Source: Octopus vulgaris (taxonomy: Eukaryota). Taken from it: DNA of 64,000 nt. Every line of letters begins with the position of its first letter. Position 1 is the stretch's first letter. A program made the translations under genes and the position numbers. The stretch lies in the NCBI GenBank assembly GCA_951406725.2, contig OX597828.1:22010001-22074000 (forward strand). Direction: 5' to 3'. Below the pieces are notes generated by a model that saw nothing but the letters and a program-made list of their open reading frames with translations, was not told the origin of the DNA and made no database searches. This document shows, one piece after another, positions 42,145-56,775 of this stretch.

Positions 42145-43185
42145 AATAATAAGGAAGAGGGGTAGGAGAAGAAGTGAGTCTTTATTGAGCAAAAACACCT
42201 AAGCTCTACAATGCTCCGACGAGGGGTGGGTGGTGAACGCCCCTGTACTCTTTCACCACAACTTTCTCTCACTCATGCTCCCTACTTCTGCCACAAAGCA
42301 GAGGAACCATGGTGTGGTAAAACTTTCAGACCTTAGTCTAGATTGCGAATACTCTGTATCCCAGGATGGTTCAGCTCTCCACCCGTTAAAAAGCCACCGT
42401 TTACGGAATGAGGAAAACAACGTAGTTTTCGTGCCCGTGCAACCGCCAGTCTATCGCCTTTGCTGGGTGGATCTTCAAGTTGTCACACGCATTCTTAGTA
42501 ACTTAGAATAGGTTCGAATTAGAGATTATTCTTTGTGGCTAATGGCGTGAGTCCTGATTGGAAGAAGAAGAACAACAACTGCAAGACACTTGAAAAGATA
42601 ATGGAAAACTAAAGAGATGGTTAGTGGCATCGAAGCACAAAAGATTCCTCGCCTTATTAGCGTCATCAGATTAGCATCAGGAAATTACAGCATTCTCTTT
42701 GATTAAAGACAAGCATGAATGTAGAGAATATAGTAGCAAGTATTTCGTGTGTGTGTGTGTGCGTAAGATTGTATCTTTGAGACAATTCTGATGAAGTGCC
42801 ACTCAAATGTCTAAAAGCGCGAATATTACTTAAATTTTCACTTCGAATTTTGCGTAAACTACCGTTGAAATTAGAGTTGGTATAGAAATAATTGTAACTG
42901 ATAATTTAAGATGTGTTAAAGTATTTCTTTCTCGCTCAAGCTTAGATTATTTTTAGCTCTTCGCTATATCCACACAACGGTTTTACCGTCGTTAAACCAG
43001 GATTTTCTACATTTGAAAATTAAACACTATTAATTACTCGGGTTGAGTGCTTCTCTGGAAATACTCTATCTTTATACACTACCAGGACTTTATATAAACA
43101 TATACATTCATACACACACACATACAATATTGATTACATATATATAATTATGTTCGTGTCTATACTCGGTTATATGCATATAAAT

Positions 43186-43689
43186 ATTGTTGTGACCCCT
43201 GCGGTCATGAATGACCATGAGATTGAACCTAGAAAGTTACCCTCGGAGGCAGAAGTCTGGGCAAGGTTGTTTATGGAAGACCAGCAGTCGCCCACGCATG
43301 CCAGCCTCTCCTCTACACGCCACCGATGTTATCCAAGGGAAAGGCAAAGACTGATACAGCTTGTCACCAGTGACGTCGCAACTCATTTATTAACGTGCAA
43401 GTGGCTGAGCACTCCACAGACTTGTGTACATTTCGCGTAATTTTCGGAGAGATTCAGCGTGACACAGAGTGTGACAAGGCTGACCCTTTGAAATACAGGT
43501 CAAAGAGAAACAGAAAGAATGAGTGAGAGCAAATTGTGGTGAAAGAGTACAGCACGGTTCACCACACCCCCTGCTGGAGCCTCGTGGAGCTTTAGATGTT
43601 TCCGCTCAATAAACACGCACAATGCCCGGTCTGGAAATCGATCCTACGACCACGATTCCGCTGCCCTAAACCACTGGGCCATTGCGCCT
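43186..43689 (-). mobile_element. SINE family C, long copy; partial copies at ~42170-42270 and 63785-64000
   Basis: Head GGCGCAATGGCCCAGTGGTTTAGGGCAGCGG; body shared with 26603 and 59083. Confidence 0.85.
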
Positions 43690-43702
43690 ACACACACATA
43701 AA

Positions 43703-43781
<79 letters not shown>

Positions 43782-43802
43782 ATATATGTATATATAAATA
43801 TA

Positions 43803-43859
<57 letters not shown>

Positions 43860-43925
43860 GGTCCCGGGTTGAGTCGGGCTTAACCACAGTAAATAAGGTA
43901 CTCAATACATAGCAGAGTAAATTAA

Positions 43926-44070
43926 TTTATTTTATAGAAGGAGCTTCTACAGGACTAGAACTGTTTCATTCAAATGAAATCATCAGGAAGCTTGCTGACA
44001 GCAAGCTTCCTGATGATTTCATTTGAATGAAACAGTTCTAGTCCTGTAGAAGCTCCTTCTATAAAATAAA
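43926..44070. repeat. Perfect palindrome, 72-bp arms, 1-nt spacer (A43998)
   Basis: 43926-43997 is the exact reverse complement of 43999-44070. Confidence 0.95.
44004..44054 (+). ncRNA. Type I hammerhead ribozyme candidate; mirror copy on minus strand at 43942-43992
   Basis: AGCTTC CTGATGA t TTC attt GAA t GAAA CAG ttctagtc CTG TA GAAGCT: 6-bp helix I, 4-bp helix III, GUA site, weak helix II with a U-U closing mismatch. Confidence 0.75.
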
Positions 44071-44072
44071 AT

Positions 44073-44121
<49 letters not shown>

Positions 44122-44127
44122 AAAATC

Positions 44128-44513
44128 CTTTATTCTTTTATATGTTAAAGTCATTTGACTGCAGCCATGCTGGAGCACCGTCAAATCTACCCTAGGAATT
44201 ATTCTTTGTAGGCCTAGTACTTATTCTATCGGTCTCTTTTGCCAAACCGATAATTTACGGGGACGTAAACAAACTAGCATCGGTTGTCAAGCGATGGTGG
44301 GCGACAAACATAAATATACAAACACACACACACACACACACAAACATATATATATATACGACGTACTTCTTTCAGTTTCCGTCTACCAAATCGACTCACA
44401 AGGATTTGGTCGGCCCGAGGCTATAGCAGAAGACACCTGCCCAAGATGCCACGCAGTGGGTTTGAACTCGGAACCATGTGGCTGGTAAACAAGCAACTTA
44501 CCACACAGCCACT
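44128..44513 (-). mobile_element. SINE family B copy
   Basis: Homologous to 18466-18890. Confidence 0.9.
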
Positions 44514-44814
44514 TATAAATATAGGTATATATATAACAGGTATATTTATTTTAGCAGACAGACAGTGTCTTACGCCTAATGTAAGCTCCAGGAGATAGAC
44601 TATGCTTTCAGCCTAATTTAACTTCTAGGAGCTGAATGAAATGTACGTTTTAATGCATTTATTAAGATATAAAGCTGTAAGGAAAATAATTATTGACTCC
44701 ATTGAATCTGCATCTTGGTGTATACCTTCACTGAATGACTAAGAGATTGGGTCTCCATCAACTACATATCACGCGAGTGAGATACATGTATATATGGATA
44801 CACATCTATACATA

Positions 44815-44879
<65 letters not shown>

Positions 44880-44904
44880 GTCTGTCTGTCTGTCTGTATG
44901 TCTG

Positions 44905-44964
<60 letters not shown>

Positions 44965-45311
44965 CAAAGACAAGAAATTGAGAGTGTGAGACATAAGCGA
45001 ATAAAAAAACTGTAATATTTGATATGTAGATTGCATAACAGCGACGTTCGGAAACTAGACCAGGTTACAGAGTGTAATGTCGAACGCAGCATCTGGAATT
45101 TAATATTAAATGACAGTATTTCCTCTGAACAAAGACAAATGCTGGTCTAGTAATTGTAGTATGACTACTGTTCTGAAGTTGCACCCATGTATTTATGTAT
45201 ATACATGCACTCATACACCCCCATATGTATATATATGTATATATATATATATATATATAATATATATACTATATACTATATATATATATATATGTATATA
45301 TGCATATATAT

Positions 45312-45389
<78 letters not shown>

Positions 45390-45688
45390 ATATATGCATA
45401 TATATATATATATATATACGTATATATTATATATATATATATATATACATATGCATATATTTATACACATATTCATACATATATACATATACAAATAGAT
45501 TTATGTACTCATGCATATATATTCTCTAAATATGCATTTATTCTTATATATATTCATTTATATTTATTTATCTATTCGTATGTATATGTATACACGTGTA
45601 TTATACATATGTATGTGTGTGTGTATGTGTGTGTGTATGTGTGTGTATGAGTGTGTGTATGTGTGTGTGTGTATGTGTGTGTGTACAT

Positions 45689-46490
45689 CAGTGGCGACAT
45701 CGGTACTCGGACTGTTCGAGTTTAGCCCGAGTATGAATTTAGTGAATTCAACGTGTATTTGTAATTTTAATTTTAATTTCTGCCTTCTCTGTCTTCAAGC
45801 ATGTAATTGCAGCCAATAACTCGGGCTTCTTCTATTGAGCCTGGTCATAGTTCATTTATTTTCGTTCAGCATCTGGCGGTCGTCTCAGAGGTGCCCTGTA
45901 TCAAAAAATATTCGTAGCAGACGTTCTCTCGACATCATTCAAACGGGTGTAGCTCGGGCTCAGAAGCTCCAGCCCAAGTTGTTATCTATAATCGTAAAAG
46001 TTAAAAGTAATTCAAATTTCAATGTTTTCTTGAAACAATAAATTTCTATAGAGATTAGGATTTAAATTCCAATGTGTGAAAAGTTTACGTTCTACAATAT
46101 TCTTAAAGGGAGGAAAAATCATCCCACAACTCGGGCTAATATGAACGAGCCTGGTAAACGTAAAAGACTAATTGGCATCTCTTATCAAGAGTACAGGTAA
46201 CAGTCAGATCACTTGTTTGTTGTGCACTCCGCTGTCGTGATTTGATTGCTGTTATTCTGTGAGTCTGTGTGTAATGGTCAATTGTGATTTGCAGTTGTGT
46301 TTTACCATAAACTTAGAAATGGAGAAAGAAATAGTGCAAGATATAAAATATAATTCATTTTGGCTGGAAATATTGCGGAAAGACGCGAAATTCTTCGAGC
46401 AAGCATTTATCTTCTACGAAATCTGTAATAAACCCGAGGGACGAAATCTGTGATGAGCCCGAGTGACGTGATGACCTGGAGTCACCTCTG
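45689..46490. mobile_element. Candidate non-autonomous DNA transposon (hAT-like ends)
   Basis: CAGTGGCGAC ... GTCACCTCTG imperfect TIR and repeated GCCCGAG/CTCGGGC motifs. No convincing 8-bp TSD. Confidence 0.35.
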
Positions 46491-46503
46491 GTATGTGTGT
46501 GTG

Positions 46504-46548
<45 letters not shown>

Positions 46549-46671
46549 ATATGTATATGCATACATATATATTTAAATGTATATAATAAGTATGTATGCG
46601 TACTTGCATGTACTCATATATACATACATTTCGTACATATCCCACGATGCATTCTAAATAATATATTTATA

Positions 46672-47176
46672 TCTATATATATAAAACTGTAGTTGTGCGA
46701 GTGTCTGTCCCCTTCGATTTAGATTCCCAACTACTCCCACATTTTGCGGTGCAGTTTAACCAAATTCGGGTATCTTATAGTTGTGATTCATATCGAGCCC
46801 GTCTGAGTATTAGCGCGCGTCTACGATGAGTCTACGATTTTAAAAATAATTTAACATCATTTTTTATTCCATGTTAATGCATAATTTTTCGTGTGTCGAT
46901 GGCGGCGGAGTTGGCGTCCATGGTCACACCTGCACCTGTGTTGCTTTTTCCCTCCCTCGTGAAGCTGTGGGGAAGGGAGTGTAAGGAAATCAACGTCGTA
47001 AAGCGTTGTCAAGGAGACCAGCGTTCTTTTAGAACAACGACTTCATGGTTTGAAGACACCAAAACAGAAATGGCTAAGAAAGCCCGAATTGGCATCTATA
47101 TGGGAAGTAACTCTCTAAAAATGCTTATATAGTTATTTCCCTTACAAACCTGAGCAACGCCGGACGATACTGCTAG
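46672..47176 (+). mobile_element. Non-autonomous Helitron
   Basis: A|TCTATATATATAAAACTG ... CCTGAGCAACGCCGG hairpin, CTGCTAG|T; inserted between A and T with no TSD. Confidence 0.85.
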
Positions 47177-49189
47177 TACATTATACAAACATTCACTTAC
47201 ACCCACACAACTACACATCCACTCCTCCGCTTCCTACACCCCTTATACTTATGTTCTTTTATGTTTAGATATCGTAGCAATCAATGTATGCACATATCTG
47301 TAAAAACATGCTGCAAGCCAGAATAATTTAAGCTAATTCTAATTTGTAATAAAATTATCAAAACATTTAACTGGGAGAGCATTTTATTTCCCTACATTTT
47401 GAACGGGTGTTACAATTTGGCGTTTGTTATCTTTATCATTTAAACTCCGGCCATGCTGGAGCATCACTTTGAAGGATTTGATCGGACAAATCGACTTCAG
47501 TACTATTTTTTTTTACTTTTCGTTTTTGAAATACCGATATTTATTCTACCAAGAACTTTAGCCGAACTGCACAAGCTGTTAAGTGGAGATTGGGGGATAA
47601 ACAGAAGCACACGGCACATATATATAAATGTATACATACGTAAAACAAAAGGCCCCGAAAAACTGGCTCCCCTTCGCTTACGACGACGCGGGTTCCAGTT
47701 GATCCGATGTACAGAACAGCTTGCTGGGGAGATAAATGTGCAAGTGGCTGAGAGCTCCATAGATACGCCTGCCCCTTCACATACTACTCAGGAAGTTTCA
47801 GTGTTACACGGAGTGTGACAAGGTTGGCCCCTTGGAATACAGGTAATACTCATTTCTCCAAGCTGAGTGGACTGGGGCAACGGGAAATAAAATGTTTTGC
47901 TCAAGGACACAACGCGCCGCCGGGAAACTCGCGACCCAACGATAGCGAGCTGAATACGTTAACCACTAGGCTACGCGGCTTCACACATATGTACGTACGT
48001 ACATGCATACATACATGCATACATACATGCATACATACATACATACAACATACATACATAGGTACGTACGTACATACATACATACATACATACGTACGTA
48101 CATACATACATGCATACATACATACATGCATACATACATACAGACAGACAGACAGACAGACATACATACGTACGTACATACATACGTACATACATACATA
48201 CATACATACATACATACATACATACATACATACATACATACATACATGCATGCATACATATATACATATGGAGGTAGTGATCGGTGGAAGGGCGAAAACG
48301 GACCGATAGTAAGACCAAGGAAGACGATATGGACGACATGATAGTAATGGAGGTTAGCCCGAGTAGAGCCAAATGGGAAGCGCCGATCAGATTATCCGGA
48401 GAAGTCTTGTTGCCCGTTGTGGTAACAGCATTGGAGAATCTAAGAGCTTATGTGTGTTTGAGTGTGTGTGTGTGTGTGTGTTTGCGTGCACGTGTATGTG
48501 TATGTGTGTGCGTAGTGTGTGTCTGTGCGCACTGTGTGTTTTGTGTGTGTATCTGGGCGCTTGCGACGGGCTTCTTTCAATTTTCGTCTGCTAGATCCAC
48601 CCAGAAGGCTTTGAGCTGCCTGGGGTTATATTAAAACACACTTAACCTCGGTGCCACACATGTGGTCTTACCCCACCCCACCCCACCTGAAATATTTGGT
48701 ATAATATTGTTTCTTTTACTCGGGACATAGAAATAAAGTTACTCAGTCGCTAATGTTGACGTTTCTTTATCAAGAAAGCGAGATGTAATTTCAGGCCGGC
48801 GATAAAAGCGATTCTTCCGTGATATCGAAAAGAACTCCCCCTTTGCCGGTCCTAACCCATGATATCAAAGGAGAAGGTTTGTCAGCGGGTTTCCAACCTG
48901 TGGCCAGAACCACCGAGGAAAACGACAAAACTCTAAAGAAACCGCAATGATATCCGTAACGTAATCTGAACGTAGATTATTTAGCATCTTACAATCTTCT
49001 ATCTATGCTTAAATTATATTTATCAGACATAAAATATCTATTTACATAATACGATGTACCTTCCTTCAAGTTTTTAAGAGTTAGAATGTTGTCTGAGGGA
49101 GATTTGACGGTTATTTTGGGTAAGTCAATAGGCTACGTAAAGGCTTGCTCATTACTTTTCTACCGCAATAAATGTTGCTGTTGTTTTTG

Positions 49190-49425
49190 CTAGTGGTGGT
49201 GGTGGTGGTGTAAGTTGTGGTTATGGTCATAGTGGTGGTGGTCGTAGTGGTGAAAATTGTGGTGTAATTTGTGATAGTGTTACAAGGGGTCGTGAGCGTG
49301 GTGACCGTGGCGACGGTGTAAGTAATGGGAGTGGTGGTGGTGGTGATGGTGGTGGAGGTAGTGGTGGCTGTGTTGGTGGTGGCGAGAGTTGCATTCGAGA
49401 TCGTGTTGGCCGTGACGGTGGTTAT
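49190..49425. repeat. Degenerate (GTG/GTN)n trinucleotide tract
   Basis: Direct reading. Confidence 0.85.
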
Positions 49426-50193
49426 ATAAATCCTCATGTGACATAAATCCTCATGAAGTAACCACGCTCCAAACATGACCATATCTCGGTTTTCAAGCAC
49501 AGTGTGTCTAGAACTGAACACTCAGTCAATTCATTCCACTTTCTAAAGAAAATGATTTCTGGTACTGAGGAAACCTGTGCTATTCTTTCCAGCAAAACAA
49601 TCGAGTCATTAGAGGACATCTTGTTGGCTCCAACCGAATTTGTTGTTTAACTATAGAAGAAAGGTGATCAACCACAACAACAATCAGACATTCCAGCTAT
49701 GCCAATCCCGTCTCTTTTTCTTTACAGGCACAGTGTAGCGTGGACTACATCATTTGTTTGCAGACCGGAGTACTGTAATGTTTTAAACAGAAGCTTTAAA
49801 GTTTCTACTAATTGGGAAGCGATTATTGTTGTAGCATTCGCAGGTGGCCTCAACGTTTGATATGCTGTGTATTGTAAATCTCGAGATATATATTAATCGT
49901 TTAGTAAATTACCTAGTCATGTTGCGCTTAGAGACTATAAAATTAGATAAATGTTAGTGATAAAACATTAAGTAGAATTAATTGGAAAAGATGATATGAC
50001 AGCTGGTCGAAATTTTAATTGGTTTTCCGGTAAGCGATAGATAGGACGTTGCATTTCGCATCACTGCACCCGCTCTCTGTTCAAATCTGGACGCAACTAT
50101 CCCTGCCTTTTGTCATCCCAGGTTCGAAAAGTAAAGTTCAAAAATTAGAAAGTGTTTTCAAAGACTAGACTAAATTCTATCTATCTATCTATC

Positions 50194-50313
<120 letters not shown>

Positions 50314-51185
50314 CCTACCTACCTACCTACCTACCTACCTATCTATCTTTCTATCTGTCTGTCTCTCTCTCTTCCTCTATCACTCTATCTATGTATCTAA
50401 CTAACCAAGTAACTACCTAGATTTCTTTCAAATTTGTTTTTCATAATCTACGTCGCTAACCTGCGTCCTCTTGATGATGGGAGCTCCTGTGTCGAGTAAC
50501 ATGTCCAGAGAAGGGATAATCTATTGTACCGATTCTATTAAGGGATTGATACTTTATTTTATTACCTTTGTGATTTGAATAAAAGAAGTGGAACTTGGGA
50601 TAAACGTTAGGTAAAAGAACATCAAACACTAGCAATTAGCAATTTCTAAAAAGCAAAGTAATTTTATCATAACAATAACGGACCATACGGTTTACATATA
50701 CGAACAGAGGTTTCGTTCGGGTTGTGAACGAAAGAAACGCCTCGTCAGTGTTTGACACTGAACAGGCGTTTTCATAAAGAAACACGTATCTGGCAGTCCG
50801 CTAACACCATTCAGAGCTGAGCAGAATGTATACTTATGCACAAAGTTTATTAGGGGAAATTATTCTCTGATACAGGAGTCTCAAACCAAACGTCTTCTGT
50901 CTTCTAGTGTACACAGACGAGTTAAATACAAATGTATGCAATGGCATAATGGCCACTCCTTGAGGTAGAGATATTGGGAATAAAAAAATGTATACTTCCT
51001 GCTTTATGTTCATCACGATGCCGAAGCTTTGGGATAATGCATGATACGTAACATAAAAAGCAGAAAGAAAAAACATTGACAGAGAAATATGAATGCTAAA
51101 AAGTTAATAATGCATGTTTGTTATTGTTTAAAATATAGTAAAATTCCAGTTCTGCTCGTCCATGCTGAAACAAATAAATATATAA

Positions 51186-51226
<41 letters not shown>

Positions 51227-51360
51227 AATCAATAAATGGTGGGGTTGTGTTGACCGCACGTGGAGAAATCATAGGCAAGGAAAAATTGTAAAAAGGCAGA
51301 AAATTTTAATGAAAATGGGTGTATGGAAAATTTTGAAGAATTGATAAAATATATATATAT

Positions 51361-51404
51361 TAATTCAAACCGGTTTTCGTCATAATGTGACTTTTCAAGA
51401 ATTA
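51361..51404 (-). ncRNA. Minimal hammerhead candidate with U3-A8 core variant
   Basis: Minus strand: TAATTC TTGAAAA GTCA catta TGAC GAAA ACCGGT TT GAATTA; 6-bp helix I, 4-bp helix II, palindromic helix III. Confidence 0.65.
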
Positions 51405-51653
51405 TAAAGAAAATTTTTTTTTTAAATGTGAGGAGGGGGGAAAAAGAAAATTACATTGTTTTACCCAACCCAACACCACACACAACCCCAAAATACTTCC
51501 ATACATTTACACCCACAACCCCAAAAATATCGTAGCATACACCACAATCATACAAAACCTCAGTCTACTGTCAACAGACCCAAACATGATAAACATTATA
51601 AATACACACAAAATCCTCAAATGTAAAAGGCAACTCTTGACAAAAAAAAATTC

Positions 51654-52109
51654 TTGACAAATGCCAAACTTCACACACCACATCCACCACCAGCAGTTAA
51701 AAAATGTGCACGCCCAAACTGTGGCACCTGCCCCTTCCTACGTGAAGGCTCTGAATTTATCTTCAAACAAGGAACGAAGTTTAAAATCAAGACCAACTTC
51801 TCCTGTTCCTCCGAGAACCTTATCTACGTTCTCACATGCGCCGACTGCCAACATAATTATGTTCGACAAACGAGCCTCTCGTTACGTAAAAGAGTAGCGG
51901 TGCATAAAGAACAAATAAATCTCCCCGAATACCGGCAAATCCCACTGAGTGACCACATAGACTCATGCGCTAAAGACAAAAATCCCAAATTCTACATACC
52001 CCCCTTCTACCATTGTAAAGACGGAATCACCACACAGGAGAGAATTAACAAGGAGAATCTCTTTATTGAAAAATTCAAAACGCATCTTAATATGCAAACT
52101 CCTCGCTGA
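51654..52109 (+). pseudogene. Penelope GIY-YIG endonuclease domain (truncated ORF)
   Basis: CARPNCGTC...CSSENLIYVLTCADCQHNYVRQTSLSLRKRVAVH; aligns by eye with 62265-62786. The YIG glycine is replaced by R. Confidence 0.9.
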
Positions 52110-52239
52110 TCATACCTCTTTTTTCTATCCCATTCTTCATGGATGGACTAACACAAATATATAAGGAAACCATGCAGTCATTACTTCAAGCTAAAACTTA
52201 TATTCTTTAAATATCATTATTATTATTGTTATTATTATT

Positions 52240-55200
52240 ATTATCATTGTCATTTACTTTTAATCTGTATGTTTGATGCAATCACCTGCCGGGGCACACC
52301 CAGCGCCCTAGGGCAAGTGAAGGTTAAGAGTTGTTGAAATATAGCTGAAAGCTTGGGGAGGGGAAGTAGAGATATATCTCCATGTAATGCAAACACAAAC
52401 ATTTACATTGATAGGGTTTTTCTAAGGATGTGGGCAGTACTTGTTAGCACAATCTTTTGGATTTCCTTGAGACATGGTTTTCCAGGGATATTGTCTAGGT
52501 GTTTCTGACATCCCTTTTTTATCATACCTAGGGCACCTACAATAACAGGAACAGTTTTTGTTTTAAGATTCCACATCCTCTGTATTTCGATTTCCAGGTC
52601 CTTATATTTACTAAGTTTGTCAAATTCCTTGACAGATACATTTTTATCAGTGGGGACGCTTACTTCTATTAGTCTGCAGGTATTTTCTTCCCTGTCTTTA
52701 ACAATTATGTCTGGTCGATTAGCCTTGATCGTTCTGTCAGTGTTGACTGGAAAATCCCAGAGGATGGTGACATCTTTACCTTCAACAACTGGCTGAGGAT
52801 GGTGTTCATACCAGTTAGCAGGAGTGTCGGATTTGTAGTGTTTACATATCTTCCAATGTATATACTGTCCTACCCTATCGTGGCGATTTTTGTATTCGTT
52901 TGGTGTCAGCACAGGACATCCCGAAACGAGATGGTCTATCGTTTCGTCAAATGTGTCGCAGAATCTGCATTTAGGGTCAGTACCGTTTCGGAGAACGTTA
53001 GCCTGGTAATTTCTGGTAAACAAGCTTTGATCTTGTGCTGCCATTATGAAACCTTCAGTCTCTGCTTTCAATCCAGAGCTCTTCAGCCACTGATGGGTTG
53101 TTGCTTGGTCTACATCAGCATTTTGGCTTCGGAGAATATATTGTCCATGCAGGGGCTTCTGGCTCCACCGCCTCTCAATTTGATTCTGCCCGTTCTTTTT
53201 TGCAGTCTGCTTGATTCGCTTTGCTTGCTTGGTAGCAGTGGTTTCCGGCTCTTCATCTGATTCAAGGTTAATGTCTAGTTCCCTTTCGAACTTATAAGCT
53301 TCATTCACAATAGAATGTAGCTTTTTGCTGCTTTCGTGTTCGCACACAAGTCGCAGCATCCAGTCCTTTGTACTAGATAGGTACCTGTTCATTCCTACAG
53401 TAGAGGTCTTATAGCACAGCTCTAATTGCATCATTCCTCTCCCCCCGCTGCTTCTAGGTAGGTACAAGCGGTCTACATCTGCCTTAGGGTGGTGCATGCT
53501 CTTGGATGTCAGTAACTTTCTTGTCTTCCTGTCCAAGCGTTGGAGTTCCGTAAGGTTCCAGTTAATGATGTTAAAACTGTACTGGACTACTGGAAGTGCC
53601 AGGGTGTTAATGGCCTCAATGCAATTTTTGGAGTTGAGTTCAGTCTTCAGTACAAGCCTTATTCTCCTATAGTATTCCTTTCTTATTTTTTCCTTCATAG
53701 TAGCATGATGTATACCATCTCCTTCGTTGATTCCTAGGTATTTGTAACTTTCCTGTGGGTCAAGTTCCTTGATGGTAGTGTCAATATCTAATTTAACAGA
53801 AGCTGTTTGCCTGAGCTTGCCTCTTACAAAAGTTGCTTTAGCACACTTATCAAGGCCAAAATCCATTCCGATATCATTGCTAAACTCTTTAACAGTTGTT
53901 AGCAGCCCTTCTAGCTCTTGGTCATTCCTGGCAAACAGCTTTAGGTCGTCCATATAGAAAAGGTGGTTTATTAACTTACTAAAAACTTTGTACCCATATC
54001 TGGTACTATCCAATTCGTTTGAGAGTGGGATCAGTGCCATGCAAAAAAGTAATGGAGAGAGGGAGTCACCTTGAAAGATGCCTCGTTTGATGTTGATGCT
54101 GTTGGACTGGCTCATCCCATTACTATGGCTTAGAAAGAGACGTGTGTTCCACATGGTCATGCTATTCTCTAAGAATTTTGAGATGACAGGAGAGATCTTG
54201 TATATCTCAAGGGCCTTGAGTATCCATTTATGTGGGACACTGTCATACACTTTCCTGTAGTCTATCCATGCCATACTCAGGTTTTTGTTTTTGCTCCGGC
54301 AATTCTCTACAATCATTCTGTTTATGAGCAATTGGTCTTTGCACCCATAAGAGTTTCTTTTACAACCTTTTTGAGCTTGTGGAAGGATAGAATTTTGTTC
54401 AAGGAAAGCGTACATTCTCTCCGTTATTATGGATGTGAGGATTTTGTAGGTGGTGTTGAGACATGTTATTGGCCGGTAATTCTTTGGGTTTTTTGTGTCT
54501 TCGGTTTTAGGTAATAGGTAGGTGGTTCCTTCAGTCAGCCAAGCAGGTATTTGCTCTGGGTTCTGAATGACATCAGACAGAGATGCAGCGAGATGTTCGT
54601 GTACCTCTGTCAAACAATTCAGCTAGAAGTTAGGGATCCGATCCAGTCCTGGGGTTTTCCATTTATGAGCCTTCCTAAGGACACACCTTAGCTCCTCTAT
54701 TCCTATTGCTTCCCATTTCTGTTCTTCAAGTTCATCCAGTCTCTCTTTCTCACGTTCTATCCAGTCAGCCTCAGCATTAAACTCTTTTTCATTGCTCCAT
54801 ACCTTCTTCCAGAACTCCTCCACTTCCTCAATCTTAGGTGGATCTTCTATGTGTATTTTATTTTTGCCAATTTCCCTATAAAATTTCTTTGCATCTGTCT
54901 TAAAAAATTTATTTTGTCGATAAAATTTGTTTCTTTTGTCATACCTTCTAAGCCGTTGAGCTTTCAACTGTATCCGTTGTTTCAACAGTTCCTTAGTTGC
55001 AGGGAGGTTTATGAGATCTTTGATTTTATATTTTTGCTTGATTTTTCTAGCTTTTCTCGGCTTAATATTCACTCCTCTAGCAAGCTCATCGAGAACTGAA
55101 ACATCCGCCCGCAGAGATTCAATCTCTTTTTGTATCGCTACTTTCCACTTAGGAGGTTCATTGACATGCCTGGCCTTTTTCTTTGTCATCTTAATACCTA

Positions 55201-56775
55201 GTTGGGTAGTTACTACTTTAGCAGTGGAATAAATGAGATTATTTAAGGTTGTCAAATCATTCCCCTTATTTCTTAAGATCTGTCCTAGGGCAACGTTATA
55301 TGTCATGATTGTGTTATTTCTTGTGCCATTTGAAAACTTTGGTAGTGGTTCTCTATTAACCATGTCAGTGAGCTCAATCTTGCCGAGTTCTCTCATAATG
55401 TCCACTTTTGCTTCCATAATCTTTTCTCTATTATTTACCTCAAATTCTATGTCATATCTATTTTGGTTTTCTTGAGGAAGGTCTACGTTCTCCTCTTTTT
55501 TCAAATCTCTCGTCTTCGCTATTCTTTGTTTAACTTCTTCATTGGGAAGTTGATTTGCCGCTTGTACACTGGCTTCTGTGCTACTGTTACCTATTTCGTC
55601 TACATTGTTGCTGTTTTCTTTTGGTCTACCATGAGCTATTAGTGTCCTAATTTTGTCAATTTCAGCGTCAGTTAGTCTTTTGTTTTTAATTATATCTCTG
55701 CGTACATTACTTAATTTATTTGCGTCTATATATCTACGTACGTCATTGCCTACTGAATTTCTCCATGAGATGTATGTTTGTACACTGAGGTTATTGTTTG
55801 GGTTTAGTTGGGCTGTATAAAACACATCTCTATAGTCCTCTCTGGTCCATTTGATACGTTTTACTTTAGGTGGTGTTTTCGGTGGTGTCACTACAAGTCC
55901 AGAGTTAGAAGTATTCTGGTTCTGGTCACCTGGTAGATCGTCTTTTTGAGAGTTTGTTCCAGCAGCAAACTTTTCGACCCCAGTCTGGTTCCCTACTGGG
56001 TAACGCGGTCCTTGTTGTCCCGGGCGATGACCGATCCGGCATGATTTTTGGCTTGTTTTCATTAAATGATTGACGGCGACATCAGAGGGGTCCATTTTTT
56101 CAGAGTCAACTTTTTGACAAGACGCCGCCTCTGTGACGGTGACGTTAGAGGAAGGGGCTGTTTGTACAGGGTCAATTTTTTGACAAAACACCGCTTCTGA
56201 ATTCTCCGAATTAATATATTGTTCATATCGAACTCGCATAAGACTTACAGATCGAAATTCGCCTCTATTTATTTTGGTAGTCATGTTTCCGGGATAACTG
56301 TTCAGTGACTTTCTAAATTCAGTGACCAATTTGCTCTTTTTTGCGTTTGTTCGTGAAAAATCGCTTTGTTTTTGTTTTGTTTTCGTCCGCGTAATGTGGT
56401 TTTTTTCTTTCTGTGTGTACGTGTGAGCGCGTGTAAGCATTATTTATGCTTTATAATTAAAATGTGTACATGTATGCACAAACAGTTGCATGTATACTTT
56501 ACAATTAAAATGTCTACGTGTATGCATAAACAGTTGCATGTATACTTATTTAATTAATTAATTAATTAATCAATTTATGTACTTACTGTCTTTTAAGAGC
56601 TCTGATGTTCGCTTCTATTTCTTATGCATGTCACATGGAAATATTATGCATAAAAGAAAGAAAACCATACTATATATGGCAATAATAGTTCGGACTTTTT
56701 AGTTACTTTGCCTTAAAAGAACATTTGGAAAAGATATTTTGTGGAACCTTTCTTCCATTGCAACGATGTTGTTGG

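Noticed and set aside
49111-49521. Thr-rich mucin-like ORF
   Set aside because: Translation of a degenerate (ACC)n-type tract; no signal peptide or exon evidence.
54623-54625. Two-ORF organisation or programmed readthrough in the R4/Dong element
   Set aside because: The clade is single-ORF and the stop replaces a conserved Trp; a point mutation or base error is simpler.
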